A stretch of 36,434 bases of DNA from Verrucomicrobiota bacterium (GTDB lineage Bacteria > Verrucomicrobiota > Verrucomicrobiia > Limisphaerales > SXQI01): NCBI GenBank assembly GCA_033762115.1, contig JANRLX010000055.1, positions 1-36,434 of the forward strand. The letters are read 5' to 3'. The stretch's first letter is position 1. The number at the start of each line of letters is the position of its first letter. Positions 9,380-19,294 of this stretch are shown in pieces. Under the pieces are notes generated by a model. The model made no database searches. It was not told where the DNA came from and worked only from the letters and a program-made list of their open reading frames with translations. The translations under genes and the position numbers were made by a program.

Positions 9380-9413
9380 AACCCGCTGCTGATTTTCAGC
9401 AGCGGGTTTTTTT
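9380..9413 (+). terminator. Rho-independent terminator
   Basis: AACCCGCTGCTGA-ttt-TCAGCAGCGGGTT perfect 13-bp stem followed by a T run, 20 nt after the PEP-CTERM stop. Confidence 0.9.
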
Positions 9414-9627
9414 GTGCCCTTTTATCATCAGAGAGGGAGGGTTACGTACTCGTACTGATATCAGGTGGGGGAGTTTCTGGAAAACAGAGTGAGATTTCGG
9501 GGATTTCCCGCAACGCAAAACCGGTCATCGCCCTGATTTTGAGGGAAAGGTCTGCTCCTCTAAGCTGCTGCTGTTCTAAATACACAATGGAGGGCAGGTG
9601 GGGAGCAAAGGTGCCTGCAAAAACAAC

Positions 9628-10746
9628 ATGAGCAAAAAAGTTTTGATTACCGGAGGGGCTGGATTTATTGGCTCTCACCTTGCAGATGACCTTCTGGAGC
9701 GCGGTTATCATGTCCGTGTCATGGACAATCTTTCAGAGCAGGTCCATGGGACGATTGATGATCCGCCATCCTATCTGAATTCTGAAGTTGAGTTTTACCT
9801 GGGAGATATTCGGGATGCCAGGGCGATGCGACGGGCAGTCAAAGGGATGGATGCGGTGTTCCACCTCGCAGCAGCGGTAGGGGTGGGGCAGAGCATGTAC
9901 GAAATCGAGAAATACACTGCGATCAACAATGTAGGGACAGCAGTGTTGCTGGAGGCGTTGATCAAGCATCCGGTTGAAAAGCTGGTTGTGGCATCCAGCA
10001 TGAGTCTTTATGGGGAGGGGCTTTATCGTAACCCGGCCGGAGAAATCACAGCCGGCAGGGACAGGTCTCTGGAACAGCTAAAAGCCCATGAATGGGAACT
10101 TCGGGATTGCTCGGGAGAATTGCTGACGCCGCTTCCAACGCCCGAAAGTAAACAGCCATCGCTTGCCTCCATTTATGCTCTTTCAAAGTATGACCAGGAA
10201 CGAATGTGCCTGATTACGGGGAGGGCTTATTCAATTCCAACGACGGCGTTGCGCTTTTTCAATGTTTATGGAACGAGGCAATCCCTTTCAAATCCCTACA
10301 CGGGAGTGATGGCGATTTTTGCATCACGCCTGCTGAATAATAATCCACCATTAATTTTTGAGGATGGAGGTCAACAACGGGACTTTGTCAGCGTGTATGA
10401 CATTGTCCAGGGCTGTTCTCTTGCATTGGAGAAAGCTGAATCCGCGGGTGAGGTGTTCAACATTGGCAGTGGCCAGCATTACACCATTTTGGAACTTGCT
10501 GAACGACTGGGCCAGGTCATGGGCAAGCAGGAGCTTTTGCCACAAATCACAGGGAAATACAGAGTGGGGGACATACGGCATTGCTTTGCCGATATTGGCA
10601 AGGCGCAGCAAATCCTTGGGTACAGCCCCAAAATCAATTTGGAAGAAGGGTTGAGAGAGTTGGTTGGCTGGCTGGAGGGGCAGGTGGCGGAAGACCATGT
10701 GGCAAAAGCCAGTGCGGAACTATCAGCGAGAGGACTTACAGTATGA
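9628..10746 (+). CDS. NAD-dependent epimerase/dehydratase (extended SDR)
   Basis: ITGGAGFIGS, HLAAAVG, YALSK (YxxxK), RFFNVYG and RDFV. ATG at 9628. Confidence 0.92.
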   Translation: MSKKVLITGGAGFIGSHLADDLLERGYHVRVMDNLSEQVHGTIDDPPSYLNSEVEFYLGDIRDARAMRRAVKGMDAVFHLAAAVGVGQSMYEIEKYTAINNVGTAVLLEALIKHPVEKLVVASSMSLYGEGLYRNPAGEITAGRDRSLEQLKAHEWELRDCSGELLTPLPTPESKQPSLASIYALSKYDQERMCLITGRAYSIPTTALRFFNVYGTRQSLSNPYTGVMAIFASRLLNNNPPLIFEDGGQQRDFVSVYDIVQGCSLALEKAESAGEVFNIGSGQHYTILELAERLGQVMGKQELLPQITGKYRVGDIRHCFADIGKAQQILGYSPKINLEEGLRELVGWLEGQVAEDHVAKASAELSARGLTV

Positions 10747-11954
10747 ATCGAAATGGACACGCAAGGAATGCGCCATCAGCTCTTAACGTTAAGAATGCAC
10801 GTCCCAACGCGAAGCCAATCCTGATTACAGGGGGAGCAGGGTTTATTGGCACCAACGTCGCGCATTACTACCTGGAGCAGGGGCAACGGGTCATTTTATA
10901 TGACAACCTTTCCCGGGCAGGCGTGGAAAAAAATCTTTCATGGCTGAAGCAGACTCATGGGAACCTCGTAGACTTGGAAGAGGCGGATGTGCGTGACGCG
11001 GCGCGTCTTAAAAAAGCGGTCAACCATGCTTCAAAAATATTCCACTTCGCCGCGCAGGTGGCAGTGACCACAAGCCTGGTTTCTCCGATTGAGGATTTTG
11101 AAATCAATGCGCGCGGAACATTGAACCTGCTCGAAGCCATTCGAGCAATGCATACCCCGCCACCGCTCCTGTTCACTTCCACCAACAAGGTTTATGGAGA
11201 TCTTTCAGACATCGAGATTCGCCGCCGGGCAACTCGGTATGAACTGGCAGACCAGACTTTGGGGCAGCATGGAATCTCGGAAAAACGGTCGGTCAATTTT
11301 CACAGCCCGTATGGCTGCTCAAAAGGTGCAGCAGACCAGTACGTGCTGGATTACGCCCGCACGTTTGACCTTCCTGCGCTGGTGTTTCGGATGAGTTGTA
11401 TCTATGGCCAGCACCAGTTTGGAAATGAAGACCAGGGCTGGGTTGCGCATTTTCTGATTCGAGCCCTCCGTGATGAGCCGATCACGATCTATGGAGATGG
11501 TCGGCAGGTGCGCGACATTCTTTTTGTCGAGGACCTGGTGAATGCTTTTGCCACAGCGCAGGAGCAGATCGAAACCGTGGCCGGGCAGGCATTCAATATT
11601 GGCGGGGGCCCGCGACATACCACGAGTCTTTTGGAGTTGATGGAATTGATCGGCCAATTGCGCGGGAAAAAACCGGAGGTGCAGTTTGATGAATGGCGCC
11701 CGGCTGACCAGCAGTATTATGTGTCGGACACCCGGAAATTCAGTGCGATTACCGGTTGGAAGCAGCGGGTGACTGTTTCTGAAGGGGTCCGTTCCCTTTA
11801 TGAATGGCTTCTTGAAACGAACAACCCGGAACCGGTGGTGCTGATCGAGAACGGCGCAAACAGCAGGCAGGCCAGTGGGTTGATGCAGGGCAGCGATGCT
11901 CCCAGGAGCAAGCGTCTGTGGGCTGAAACCCTGAAAACCCGCAAAGCAGCATAA
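10743..11954 (+). CDS. NAD-dependent epimerase (CDP-paratose 2-epimerase/RfbE-like)
   Basis: ITGGAGFIG, AAQVAVTTS, STNKVYG, SPYGCSKG, RMSCIYG and EDQGWVAHF. ATG overlaps the previous stop. Confidence 0.88.
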   Translation: MNRNGHARNAPSALNVKNARPNAKPILITGGAGFIGTNVAHYYLEQGQRVILYDNLSRAGVEKNLSWLKQTHGNLVDLEEADVRDAARLKKAVNHASKIFHFAAQVAVTTSLVSPIEDFEINARGTLNLLEAIRAMHTPPPLLFTSTNKVYGDLSDIEIRRRATRYELADQTLGQHGISEKRSVNFHSPYGCSKGAADQYVLDYARTFDLPALVFRMSCIYGQHQFGNEDQGWVAHFLIRALRDEPITIYGDGRQVRDILFVEDLVNAFATAQEQIETVAGQAFNIGGGPRHTTSLLELMELIGQLRGKKPEVQFDEWRPADQQYYVSDTRKFSAITGWKQRVTVSEGVRSLYEWLLETNNPEPVVLIENGANSRQASGLMQGSDAPRSKRLWAETLKTRKAA

Positions 11955-11991
11955 TCCAAAAATCGAGCCTGCTTAATTGCAACGAAATCTC

Positions 11992-12966
11992 ATGGAGAAA
12001 TTTTCTCATCGAATGAAAGCGGCGGTCCTTGTCAGCCCCGCAAAAGTTGAAATCGCAGAAGTCGCCATTCCGGAACCCGGTCCGACCGGTGTCCGGGTTC
12101 GTTTGCATGGCTGCGGAGTGTGCGGGTCAAACCTTCCGCTGTGGGAGGGGAGGCCCTGGTTTAAATACCCCAATACACCTGGTAATCCCGGTCATGAAGG
12201 GTGGGGAGAAGTCGATGCAGTTGGTGACCAGGTTTCACAGTTCAGAAAAGGAGAACGAGTGGCGCTGCTCTCATACAATGCCTTCGCTGAGTATGATGTG
12301 GCCGATCAGGAAGCGGTGGTGCCGTTGCCGGGCTCTTTGAATGGAAACGTTTTCCCCGGTGAAGCATTGGGTTGTGCGGTAAATGTTTTTCGCCGGTCCA
12401 ACATCCAGGCAGGCCAGACCGTTGCGATCATTGGAATAGGTTTTCTCGGTGCGTTGCTGGTGGGATTGGCAGCAAATGCCGGGGCGACAGTCATTGCGAT
12501 TTCGCGACGACCATTTTCATTGGAGACAGCAAGCCAGTTCGGGGCCGAATTTCTCATTCCAATGGATGACCATCAGCAAATCATTGGAAAAGTCATGGAG
12601 ATTACCAAAGGCGCTGGATGTGATCGTGTGATCGAAGCGGTGGGATTGCAGTGGCCACTCGACCTGGCTGCTGAACTCACTCGTGAGCGGGGAAGGTTAA
12701 TCATTGCCGGTTATCACCAGGACGGACCGCGACAGGTCAATATGCAACTCTGGAACTGGCGAGGGCTGGATGTGATCAATGCTCATGAAAGGGAGAGTAA
12801 AATGTACGTGGAGGGGATGAGGTCAGCGGTGGAGCTGGTTGCATCCGGACGTTTGGACCCTGCTCCGTTGTACACCCACAGATTTGATCTCGGAAATATT
12901 TCCAACGCGCTGAACACAATGAAAGAACGGCCTGAAACCTTCCTGAAAGGGTGGGTGGCGTTGTGA
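11992..12966 (+). CDS. Zinc-binding (MDR) dehydrogenase
   Basis: CGVCGS, GHEGWG and GIGFLG. Lacks the 4-Cys structural zinc loop. Start could be 11992 or 12013. Confidence 0.88.
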   Translation: MEKFSHRMKAAVLVSPAKVEIAEVAIPEPGPTGVRVRLHGCGVCGSNLPLWEGRPWFKYPNTPGNPGHEGWGEVDAVGDQVSQFRKGERVALLSYNAFAEYDVADQEAVVPLPGSLNGNVFPGEALGCAVNVFRRSNIQAGQTVAIIGIGFLGALLVGLAANAGATVIAISRRPFSLETASQFGAEFLIPMDDHQQIIGKVMEITKGAGCDRVIEAVGLQWPLDLAAELTRERGRLIIAGYHQDGPRQVNMQLWNWRGLDVINAHERESKMYVEGMRSAVELVASGRLDPAPLYTHRFDLGNISNALNTMKERPETFLKGWVAL

Positions 12967-14006
12967 GCATCGCCCTTGTGCAGCGGGAATTGCAGCCGAA
13001 ATTTTCAACAAGCATTCCACGCCTGGGTTTCGTGGGTGTGGGCTGGATTGGCCAGCATCGGATGAAAGCGTTGCTAAATGCCGGAATGGCTGAGATCGCA
13101 GGTATAGCAGAACCTTCCCCAGAGCTTCGTTCGCAGGCTGCCCAGTATGCCCCTGCGGCTGCGCTGTATGAATCATTCGAAACCTTGATCGAGCAGGATT
13201 TGGATGGGGTGGTTATCGCCACTCCAAATGCATTTCATGCTTCCCAATCAATCGCGGCGTTGAACAGGAGGATCCCGGTTTTTTGCCAAAAACCGCTGGG
13301 GAGAAATGGCGCGGAAGTGAGGTCCGTGGTGGAGGCAGCGCAGCAGAATAATCAATTGCTTGGGGTTGATCTATCATATCGGCACCTGAGTGGGGTCAGG
13401 CAGATCAAGCAATTAATCGAAGGTGAGGAGATAGGAAAGATTTTTGCTGCCGATCTGGTTTTTCATAACGCCTACGGGCCTGATAAGTCGTGGTTTTATG
13501 ACAGGAAACTGGCAGGGGGTGGCTGCGTCCTGGACCTTGGGGTGCACCTGGTCGATCTTGCGTTCTGGATGTTGGGCAATGCAGGGGTGAGATCGGTTAG
13601 AAGCCAATTATTTTCAAAAGGCAGATTCCTGGTCGACAGCAGCAACGAGGTGGAGGATTTCGCCACCGCCATGATGGAGCTGGACAATGGCCTGGTATTG
13701 AATTTGAACTGTTCCTGGAAATTGCATGCGGGCTGTGACGCGGTGATCAGCGCCACATTTTACGGCACCAAAGGAGGCCTGAGAGTTTCAAATGTGAACG
13801 GTTCTTTTTATGATTTCCAGGCTGAAAGATTCAACGGGACTTCCCGTGCACTGCTTTCCACACCGGGTGAAGAGTGGGGTGGAAAAAGAATCATTGACTG
13901 GGCGCAAAAGCTCTCCTTGAACTCTGCTTTTGATCACGAAATCACGTCGATCATTCAGGTCTCAGAAGTTCTCGATCAAATTTATCGACAGGGGACCAGG
14001 CCGTGA
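12963..14006 (+). CDS. Gfo/Idh/MocA family oxidoreductase
   Basis: GVGWIG, VIATPNAFH, CQKP (variant of EKP) and GGGCVLDLGVH. GTG start overlaps the upstream TGA. Confidence 0.88.
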   Translation: MSIALVQRELQPKFSTSIPRLGFVGVGWIGQHRMKALLNAGMAEIAGIAEPSPELRSQAAQYAPAAALYESFETLIEQDLDGVVIATPNAFHASQSIAALNRRIPVFCQKPLGRNGAEVRSVVEAAQQNNQLLGVDLSYRHLSGVRQIKQLIEGEEIGKIFAADLVFHNAYGPDKSWFYDRKLAGGGCVLDLGVHLVDLAFWMLGNAGVRSVRSQLFSKGRFLVDSSNEVEDFATAMMELDNGLVLNLNCSWKLHAGCDAVISATFYGTKGGLRVSNVNGSFYDFQAERFNGTSRALLSTPGEEWGGKRIIDWAQKLSLNSAFDHEITSIIQVSEVLDQIYRQGTRP

Positions 14007-15127
14007 TGAATAAACCTTGCCTTGAACGTATTTTGCTGACCGCAGATACCGTCGGTGGTGTTTGGACGTATGCCATTGAGCTGGCTCGTGCCTTGAGTCG
14101 TCATGGGATTCAAACAGTCCTGGCAACGATGGGGCGGAAAGCCTCTCCCGATCAAATCCTCCAGGCGGCTCATGTCCCTGGCCTGGAACTGTGCCAAAGC
14201 GAGTTCAAGCTCGAATGGATGGAGGCACCCTGGCAGGACGTGGAAATGTCCGGCGATTGGCTTTTGGAACTGGAGTCAGATTGGAAGCCTGACCTGATCC
14301 ATTTAAATACTTATGCCCATGGGAGCCTCGGATGGAACGCGCCCGTTTTGATGACGGCGCATTCCTGTGTCCTGAGTTGGTGGCGAGCGGTTAAAGGCCG
14401 GGCAGCTGGTCCCGAATGGGAGGAGTATCAATTGAAAGTGACCGCTGGATTGAGGGCTGCGGATTGGGTGGTATGCCCTTCACAGGCGTATTTGCGCGAA
14501 CTCGAAAGTCATTACGGCAAGCTACCCAAAACATCTGTGATCCTGAACGGCCGCGGTTTTGATCAATTTGTCACTGGCAGAAAAGAAAACATTGTATTGA
14601 GTGCTGGGCGGGTTTGGGACGAAGCTAAAAACATTCGCGCACTCACCGAAGTAGCCGGAGAACTGTCATGGCCTGTTTGCGTTGCAGGTGACGCAATTTC
14701 ACCTGACGGTCATCTCTTCAAAAACAGTGGCGGTAATATTCAGTTGTTGGGGCGTCTTTCGAGCGGAGAAATGGCAGATTGGTTTTCACATGCTGCCATT
14801 TATGCGTTGCCTGCGAAGTATGAACCATTTGGCCTGAGCATTCTCGAAGCTGCGTTGAGCGGATGCGCCCTGGTCTTGGGAGATATCCCGAGCTTGAGGG
14901 AATTATGGGATAACTCGGCCATTTTTGTTCCGCCGGACGATCGGATCGCCCTGAAAGAAGCGCTGACTCAATTGATTTTGAACCCGGCAAAGCGAATTGA
15001 GTTTGCCACTAGGGCACGCCAACGAGCCGGGACTTTCTCGATTGATAAAATGGTTCTCTCCTATATCGAAGCTTACAAAAGCCTTGTATCCACACCACAG
15101 CCACAGGAGGTTTTGTGCGAGTCGTAA
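14003..15127 (+). CDS. Glycosyltransferase family 4 (GT-B)
   Basis: DTVGGVWTY, GRVWDEAKN and YEPFGLSILEAALSG (E-x7-E motif). Confidence 0.9.
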   Translation: MMNKPCLERILLTADTVGGVWTYAIELARALSRHGIQTVLATMGRKASPDQILQAAHVPGLELCQSEFKLEWMEAPWQDVEMSGDWLLELESDWKPDLIHLNTYAHGSLGWNAPVLMTAHSCVLSWWRAVKGRAAGPEWEEYQLKVTAGLRAADWVVCPSQAYLRELESHYGKLPKTSVILNGRGFDQFVTGRKENIVLSAGRVWDEAKNIRALTEVAGELSWPVCVAGDAISPDGHLFKNSGGNIQLLGRLSSGEMADWFSHAAIYALPAKYEPFGLSILEAALSGCALVLGDIPSLRELWDNSAIFVPPDDRIALKEALTQLILNPAKRIEFATRARQRAGTFSIDKMVLSYIEAYKSLVSTPQPQEVLCES

Positions 15128-16272
15128 TGTTTTACCATACCCTGGTTTCAGACTGGAACCACGGGAATGCTCATTTCCTGCGGGGCATTGCCACAGAACT
15201 CATTTCACGGGGACACCAGGTGGAAATTTATGAACCTTCCGATTCATGGAGTGTTCAGAACCTGATTGCAGAACATGGGCTTGACCCAATCCAGAAATTT
15301 AAAACCCGTTATCCACATCTCCGAAGCACCCGGTATGACCTGAAGGCTTTCGACTTGAACAAAGCGTTGTCGAACGCCGACCTGGTGATTGTCCATGAAT
15401 GGAACGATCATGATCTTGTCAGGAGAATTGGGGAGCATCACCGGCAACATCCGAGCTATCGCCTCTTTTTCCACGATACCCATCATCGCATGGTTACCGC
15501 TCCGGAAAGCATGTCTGCGTATGACCTGCAAAACTACGACGGCGTCCTGGCCTATGGAAAAATTCTCCAGGAACTCTATTCAGAAACCCGACGGGTCAAA
15601 CGTGCCTGGACGTGGCATGAAGCTGCGGATGTTCGAGTGTTTCAGCCGCTGCTGCGTGAGGAAAAAAGCGGAGACCTCGTCTGGATCGGCAATTGGGGCG
15701 ACGATGAAAGGTCAGCGGAATTGCAGGAATTTTTGATTCAGCCGGTTAAGGCGCTCGGTCTGAAGGCCCGGGTTTATGGAGTGCGTTACCCGCAGCATGC
15801 CATTGACGCGCTGAAGGAGGCGGGAATCGAGTATTGTGGCTGGCTGCCCAATTTCGAAGTGCCGGAGGTGTTTTCACAATTCAGGGTGACAGTGCATGTG
15901 CCCCGGCGTCCTTACACGCGGGCCTTGCCGGGAATCCCCACCATTCGGCCATTTGAAGCATTGGCCTGCGGTATCCCCCTTATTTCTGCGCCCTGGCGCG
16001 ACGCTGAAAACCTGTTCCGGGACGGGCGTGATTTTCTTTTCGTCAACAGCTATGAGGAAATGGTCGCGGAATTAAAGCGGGTCCTGAGCAATCCTCCCCT
16101 TGCGGAAAACCTGATTCATTCCGGGCTGGAAACCTTAAACACTCGCCACACCTGCAAACATCGAGTGGATGAGTTGCTGGCAATTGATGCCGAGTTACGC
16201 GAGGAGCAGGAAGTCACTGGCGGCGGGGATTTCTTTGAGTTGCCTTCGACAACAAACCGAAACCTGAGATGA
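15115..16272 (+). CDS. CgeB-family glycosyltransferase
   Basis: SDWNHGNAHFLRG, FHDTHHR, TIRPFEALACG and HTCKHRVDEL. GTG start. Confidence 0.82.
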   Translation: MRVVMFYHTLVSDWNHGNAHFLRGIATELISRGHQVEIYEPSDSWSVQNLIAEHGLDPIQKFKTRYPHLRSTRYDLKAFDLNKALSNADLVIVHEWNDHDLVRRIGEHHRQHPSYRLFFHDTHHRMVTAPESMSAYDLQNYDGVLAYGKILQELYSETRRVKRAWTWHEAADVRVFQPLLREEKSGDLVWIGNWGDDERSAELQEFLIQPVKALGLKARVYGVRYPQHAIDALKEAGIEYCGWLPNFEVPEVFSQFRVTVHVPRRPYTRALPGIPTIRPFEALACGIPLISAPWRDAENLFRDGRDFLFVNSYEEMVAELKRVLSNPPLAENLIHSGLETLNTRHTCKHRVDELLAIDAELREEQEVTGGGDFFELPSTTNRNLR

Positions 16273-17363
16273 AACCATTAAATATCGCATTCTTCGCTTC
16301 CAGCCTGGTCTCAGCTTACTGGAATGGTGCGGCGACTTATTACCGTGGGATTGTTCGTGCGCTTCATGAACGCGGGCATCGAATCACTTTCTATGAGCCG
16401 GACGCTTATGATCGACAGAAGCATCGCGACATCGCCGATCCCGATTGGGCCAGGGTTGTGGTTTATTCCGGGGATGATGAGCAGGCCGCTCTGAAAATGG
16501 TGGCAGCCGCCCGTGGCAGTGACCTTGTGGTGAAGGCCAGCGGAGTGGGCGTTTATGATGCGTTGCTGGAGGAGGCAGTCCTCGATCTAAAGTCTGATTC
16601 CACAATTGTCGCTTTTTGGGATGTGGATGCTCCTGCGACTTTGGACCGGATAGAGAAGAATGAATCTGATCCCTTTAGGAAATGTATTCCCCAGTATGAT
16701 CTGGTGCTGACGTATGGCGGCGGTCAGCCGGTCATTGATGCTTACATTGCCTGGGGTGCTCGTGAATGTGTGCCGGTTTATAATGCCCTTGATCCTCACA
16801 CACATTATCCCGTTGCTGCGGACCAGCGTTTTTCGGGTGATCTAGGTTTTCTAGGGAATCGGCTTCCAGATCGCGAACAGCGCGTGGAAGAATTTTTTCT
16901 GAACGTCGCTGCCGCATTGCCTAATCAACAGTTTGTTCTTGGGGGGAGCGGGTGGGGAGATAAGCAAAAGCCAGTTAATATTAATTATGTAGGCCATGTC
17001 TATACACGGGACCATAATGCGTTTAACTGCACTCCCAAAGCGGTCCTAAATATCAATCGTGAGAGCATGGCGCGCTACGGATTTTCCCCGCCGACCCGGG
17101 TATTTGAGGCCGCTGGCGCGGCGGCCTGCCTGATCACTGATGCATGGGTGGGCATTGAACTATTTCTTGAGCCAGGCAGGGAAGTCCTGGTGGCGGAAAA
17201 TGGCGAAATGGTGGGGGCATTCCTGCAACAACTGACTCCGGAAAACGCCCGCGCCATGGGGCAGGCGGCATACAAACGGGTGATGGCGGAACACACTTAC
17301 GGTCATCGCGCCCTGCAATTGGAAAAAATTCTGGAAGGCAAATTCGAACCAGCCATCGCTTGA
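16269..17363 (+). CDS. CgeB-family glycosyltransferase
   Basis: SAYWNGAATYYRG, WDVDAPATL, LNINR, PTRVFEAAG and HTYGHRA. Confidence 0.82.
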   Translation: MKPLNIAFFASSLVSAYWNGAATYYRGIVRALHERGHRITFYEPDAYDRQKHRDIADPDWARVVVYSGDDEQAALKMVAAARGSDLVVKASGVGVYDALLEEAVLDLKSDSTIVAFWDVDAPATLDRIEKNESDPFRKCIPQYDLVLTYGGGQPVIDAYIAWGARECVPVYNALDPHTHYPVAADQRFSGDLGFLGNRLPDREQRVEEFFLNVAAALPNQQFVLGGSGWGDKQKPVNINYVGHVYTRDHNAFNCTPKAVLNINRESMARYGFSPPTRVFEAAGAAACLITDAWVGIELFLEPGREVLVAENGEMVGAFLQQLTPENARAMGQAAYKRVMAEHTYGHRALQLEKILEGKFEPAIA

Positions 17364-17366
17364 TTT

Positions 17367-18497
17367 ATGCTCCTTGATGCACCCATTAAAAATCCTTCGA
17401 AGTCGTTTTCAAGTCCACGACCCATGAACATCGTAGTGCTTGGCCTCTCGATTACTTCATCGTGGGGTAATGGCCATGCCACGACTTATCGCGGGCTGAT
17501 CCGTGAACTCTCGGCGCGTGGACACCAGGTTCTCTTCCTCGAGCGGGATGTTCCCTGGTACGCGGAGAACAGGGATATGCCCAGACCTCCATTTTGCCGC
17601 ACAATCCTTTACAGCAGCCTTGAGGATTTACGTGCCCAGCATTCACTTGCTGTTCGCAATGCGGACGTGGTGATCCTGGGGTCGTACGTTCCGGAAGGAA
17701 TTGCTGTAGGTGAATGGGTAACCAGCATCGCTGAAGGGCACACCTTATTTTATGATATTGATACTCCAGTGACCCTGGCGCGGCTTGCCCGAAAAGAGTG
17801 CGAGTATATCAACCCGGCGCTCATCGGAAAATTTGATCTCTACCTTTCATTTACCGGCGGTCCCACGCTCCGATTCATCGAGGAACAGTACGATTCTCCC
17901 ATGGCCCGTGCGCTTTACTGTTCCGTTGATCCAACTCTCTATTATCCCGAACCCACTGATCGTTTGTGGGACCTCGGTTATCTGGGCACCTACAGTGACG
18001 ACCGCCAGCCAGCGGTGGAGCGGTTACTCAACCAGCCAGCCAGAAGATTGCCGGAAAATAAATTCGTGGTCGCGGGACCGCAATATCCCGATTCATTGAA
18101 TTGGCCCCGCAACGTCCAGCGAATCACGCACGTTTCCCCTGCCAGCCATCGCAAATTTTACAATGCCCAGCGTTTTACCCTGAATGTGACGCGGGCTGAC
18201 ATGATCGCAGCCGGGTTTTCTCCCAGTGTTCGATTGTTCGAGGCAATGGCGTGCGGAGTTCCGGTGATCAGCGATTACTGGCAGGGATTGGATACTTTGT
18301 TCAGGCCATCCGAAGAAATTCTGATCGCTTCGAGCGGCGCTGAAATCGTCGAGATCCTGACAAGTTTCCCTGAAGAAACCCGTAAAAAAATTTGTGACCA
18401 GGGACGCCGGAAGGTACTTGCAGAACATACCGCCCAGCATCGCGCCATGGAACTTGAACGATATATCGAGGAATTACGTTTTGCTCAAATTGTTTAA
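17367..18497 (+). CDS. CgeB-family glycosyltransferase
   Basis: SSWGNGHATTYRG, YDIDTPVTL, LNVTR, SVRLFEAMACG and HTAQHRA. Alternative start at 17424. Confidence 0.82.
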   Translation: MLLDAPIKNPSKSFSSPRPMNIVVLGLSITSSWGNGHATTYRGLIRELSARGHQVLFLERDVPWYAENRDMPRPPFCRTILYSSLEDLRAQHSLAVRNADVVILGSYVPEGIAVGEWVTSIAEGHTLFYDIDTPVTLARLARKECEYINPALIGKFDLYLSFTGGPTLRFIEEQYDSPMARALYCSVDPTLYYPEPTDRLWDLGYLGTYSDDRQPAVERLLNQPARRLPENKFVVAGPQYPDSLNWPRNVQRITHVSPASHRKFYNAQRFTLNVTRADMIAAGFSPSVRLFEAMACGVPVISDYWQGLDTLFRPSEEILIASSGAEIVEILTSFPEETRKKICDQGRRKVLAEHTAQHRAMELERYIEELRFAQIV

Positions 18498-18511
18498 AAA
18501 CAGGAGAAGCC

Positions 18512-19294
18512 ATGCCCAGCTTGACCCCAGATGCAACACGCCTGAGCAAGGCGGAGATCGAACGCCGGGTGCGCCAGCTTGGCCCCTGGTTTCACAACCT
18601 GAATCTTGCCGGTATCCAAACCGCTCCCCAGCATTTCCTGGGAGATTATCCCGCATTCAAGTTCCGGAATTTTTCTCACGCCATTCCGTCAGATTTAGCT
18701 GGCAAAACGGTTCTCGATATCGGCTGCAATGCCGGATTTTACTCCATGGAAATGAAACGGCGTGGCGCCGAACGGGTCGTTGCGATTGATTTCGACGAAA
18801 CTTACCTGGCCCAGGCGAAATTCGCCGCCGAAGTGTTGGAGTATGATATCGAATTTCAAAAACTTTCAGTCTATGACGTGGGACTGCTCGGGGAAAAATT
18901 CGACCTGGTCATTTTCATGGGGGTGCTTTACCACCTGCGCCATCCGCTGCTGGCGCTCGACCTGATTCATGAGCATGTGACGAAAGACCTGTTGCTGTTC
19001 CAATCCATGCAGCGTGGCAGTTCTGAAAGAATGGAACTGCAGCCTGACTACCCATTTTCAGAGACAGGCATTTTTGAACAGGCTGAATTTCCCAGGATGT
19101 ACTTTATTGAAAAGTCCTATTCGCAGGACCCGACCAATTGGTGGATACCGAACCGTGCATGCGTCGAGGGGATGCTTCGCAGCGCCGGATATCAAATTGT
19201 CATGCAAGCGGAAGAGGAGGTTTATCTCGCGCGGCATGTGGAAAAATCAGAGGAGAATGGAGCTGTTTACCCTGGGCGAAAGGAGACCGCATGA
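18512..19294 (+). CDS. Class I SAM-dependent methyltransferase (TIGR04290-like, CmoB-related)
   Basis: AGGAG RBS. GPWFHN, VLDIGCNAG, GVLYHLRHP and DPTNWWIPN. Confidence 0.85.
   Translation: MPSLTPDATRLSKAEIERRVRQLGPWFHNLNLAGIQTAPQHFLGDYPAFKFRNFSHAIPSDLAGKTVLDIGCNAGFYSMEMKRRGAERVVAIDFDETYLAQAKFAAEVLEYDIEFQKLSVYDVGLLGEKFDLVIFMGVLYHLRHPLLALDLIHEHVTKDLLLFQSMQRGSSERMELQPDYPFSETGIFEQAEFPRMYFIEKSYSQDPTNWWIPNRACVEGMLRSAGYQIVMQAEEEVYLARHVEKSEENGAVYPGRKETA

Noticed and set aside
9414..9627. Possible ncRNA/riboswitch upstream of the sugar cluster
   Set aside because: Only short palindromes (e.g. CTGATATCAG) and no recognisable conserved structure.
10581..10742. Long N-terminal extensions in the ORF track (also at 620, 19138, 20168, 23093, 24267, 29603)
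   Set aside because: They overlap upstream genes. Downstream ATGs with stop/start coupling or an RBS fit the domain boundaries better.
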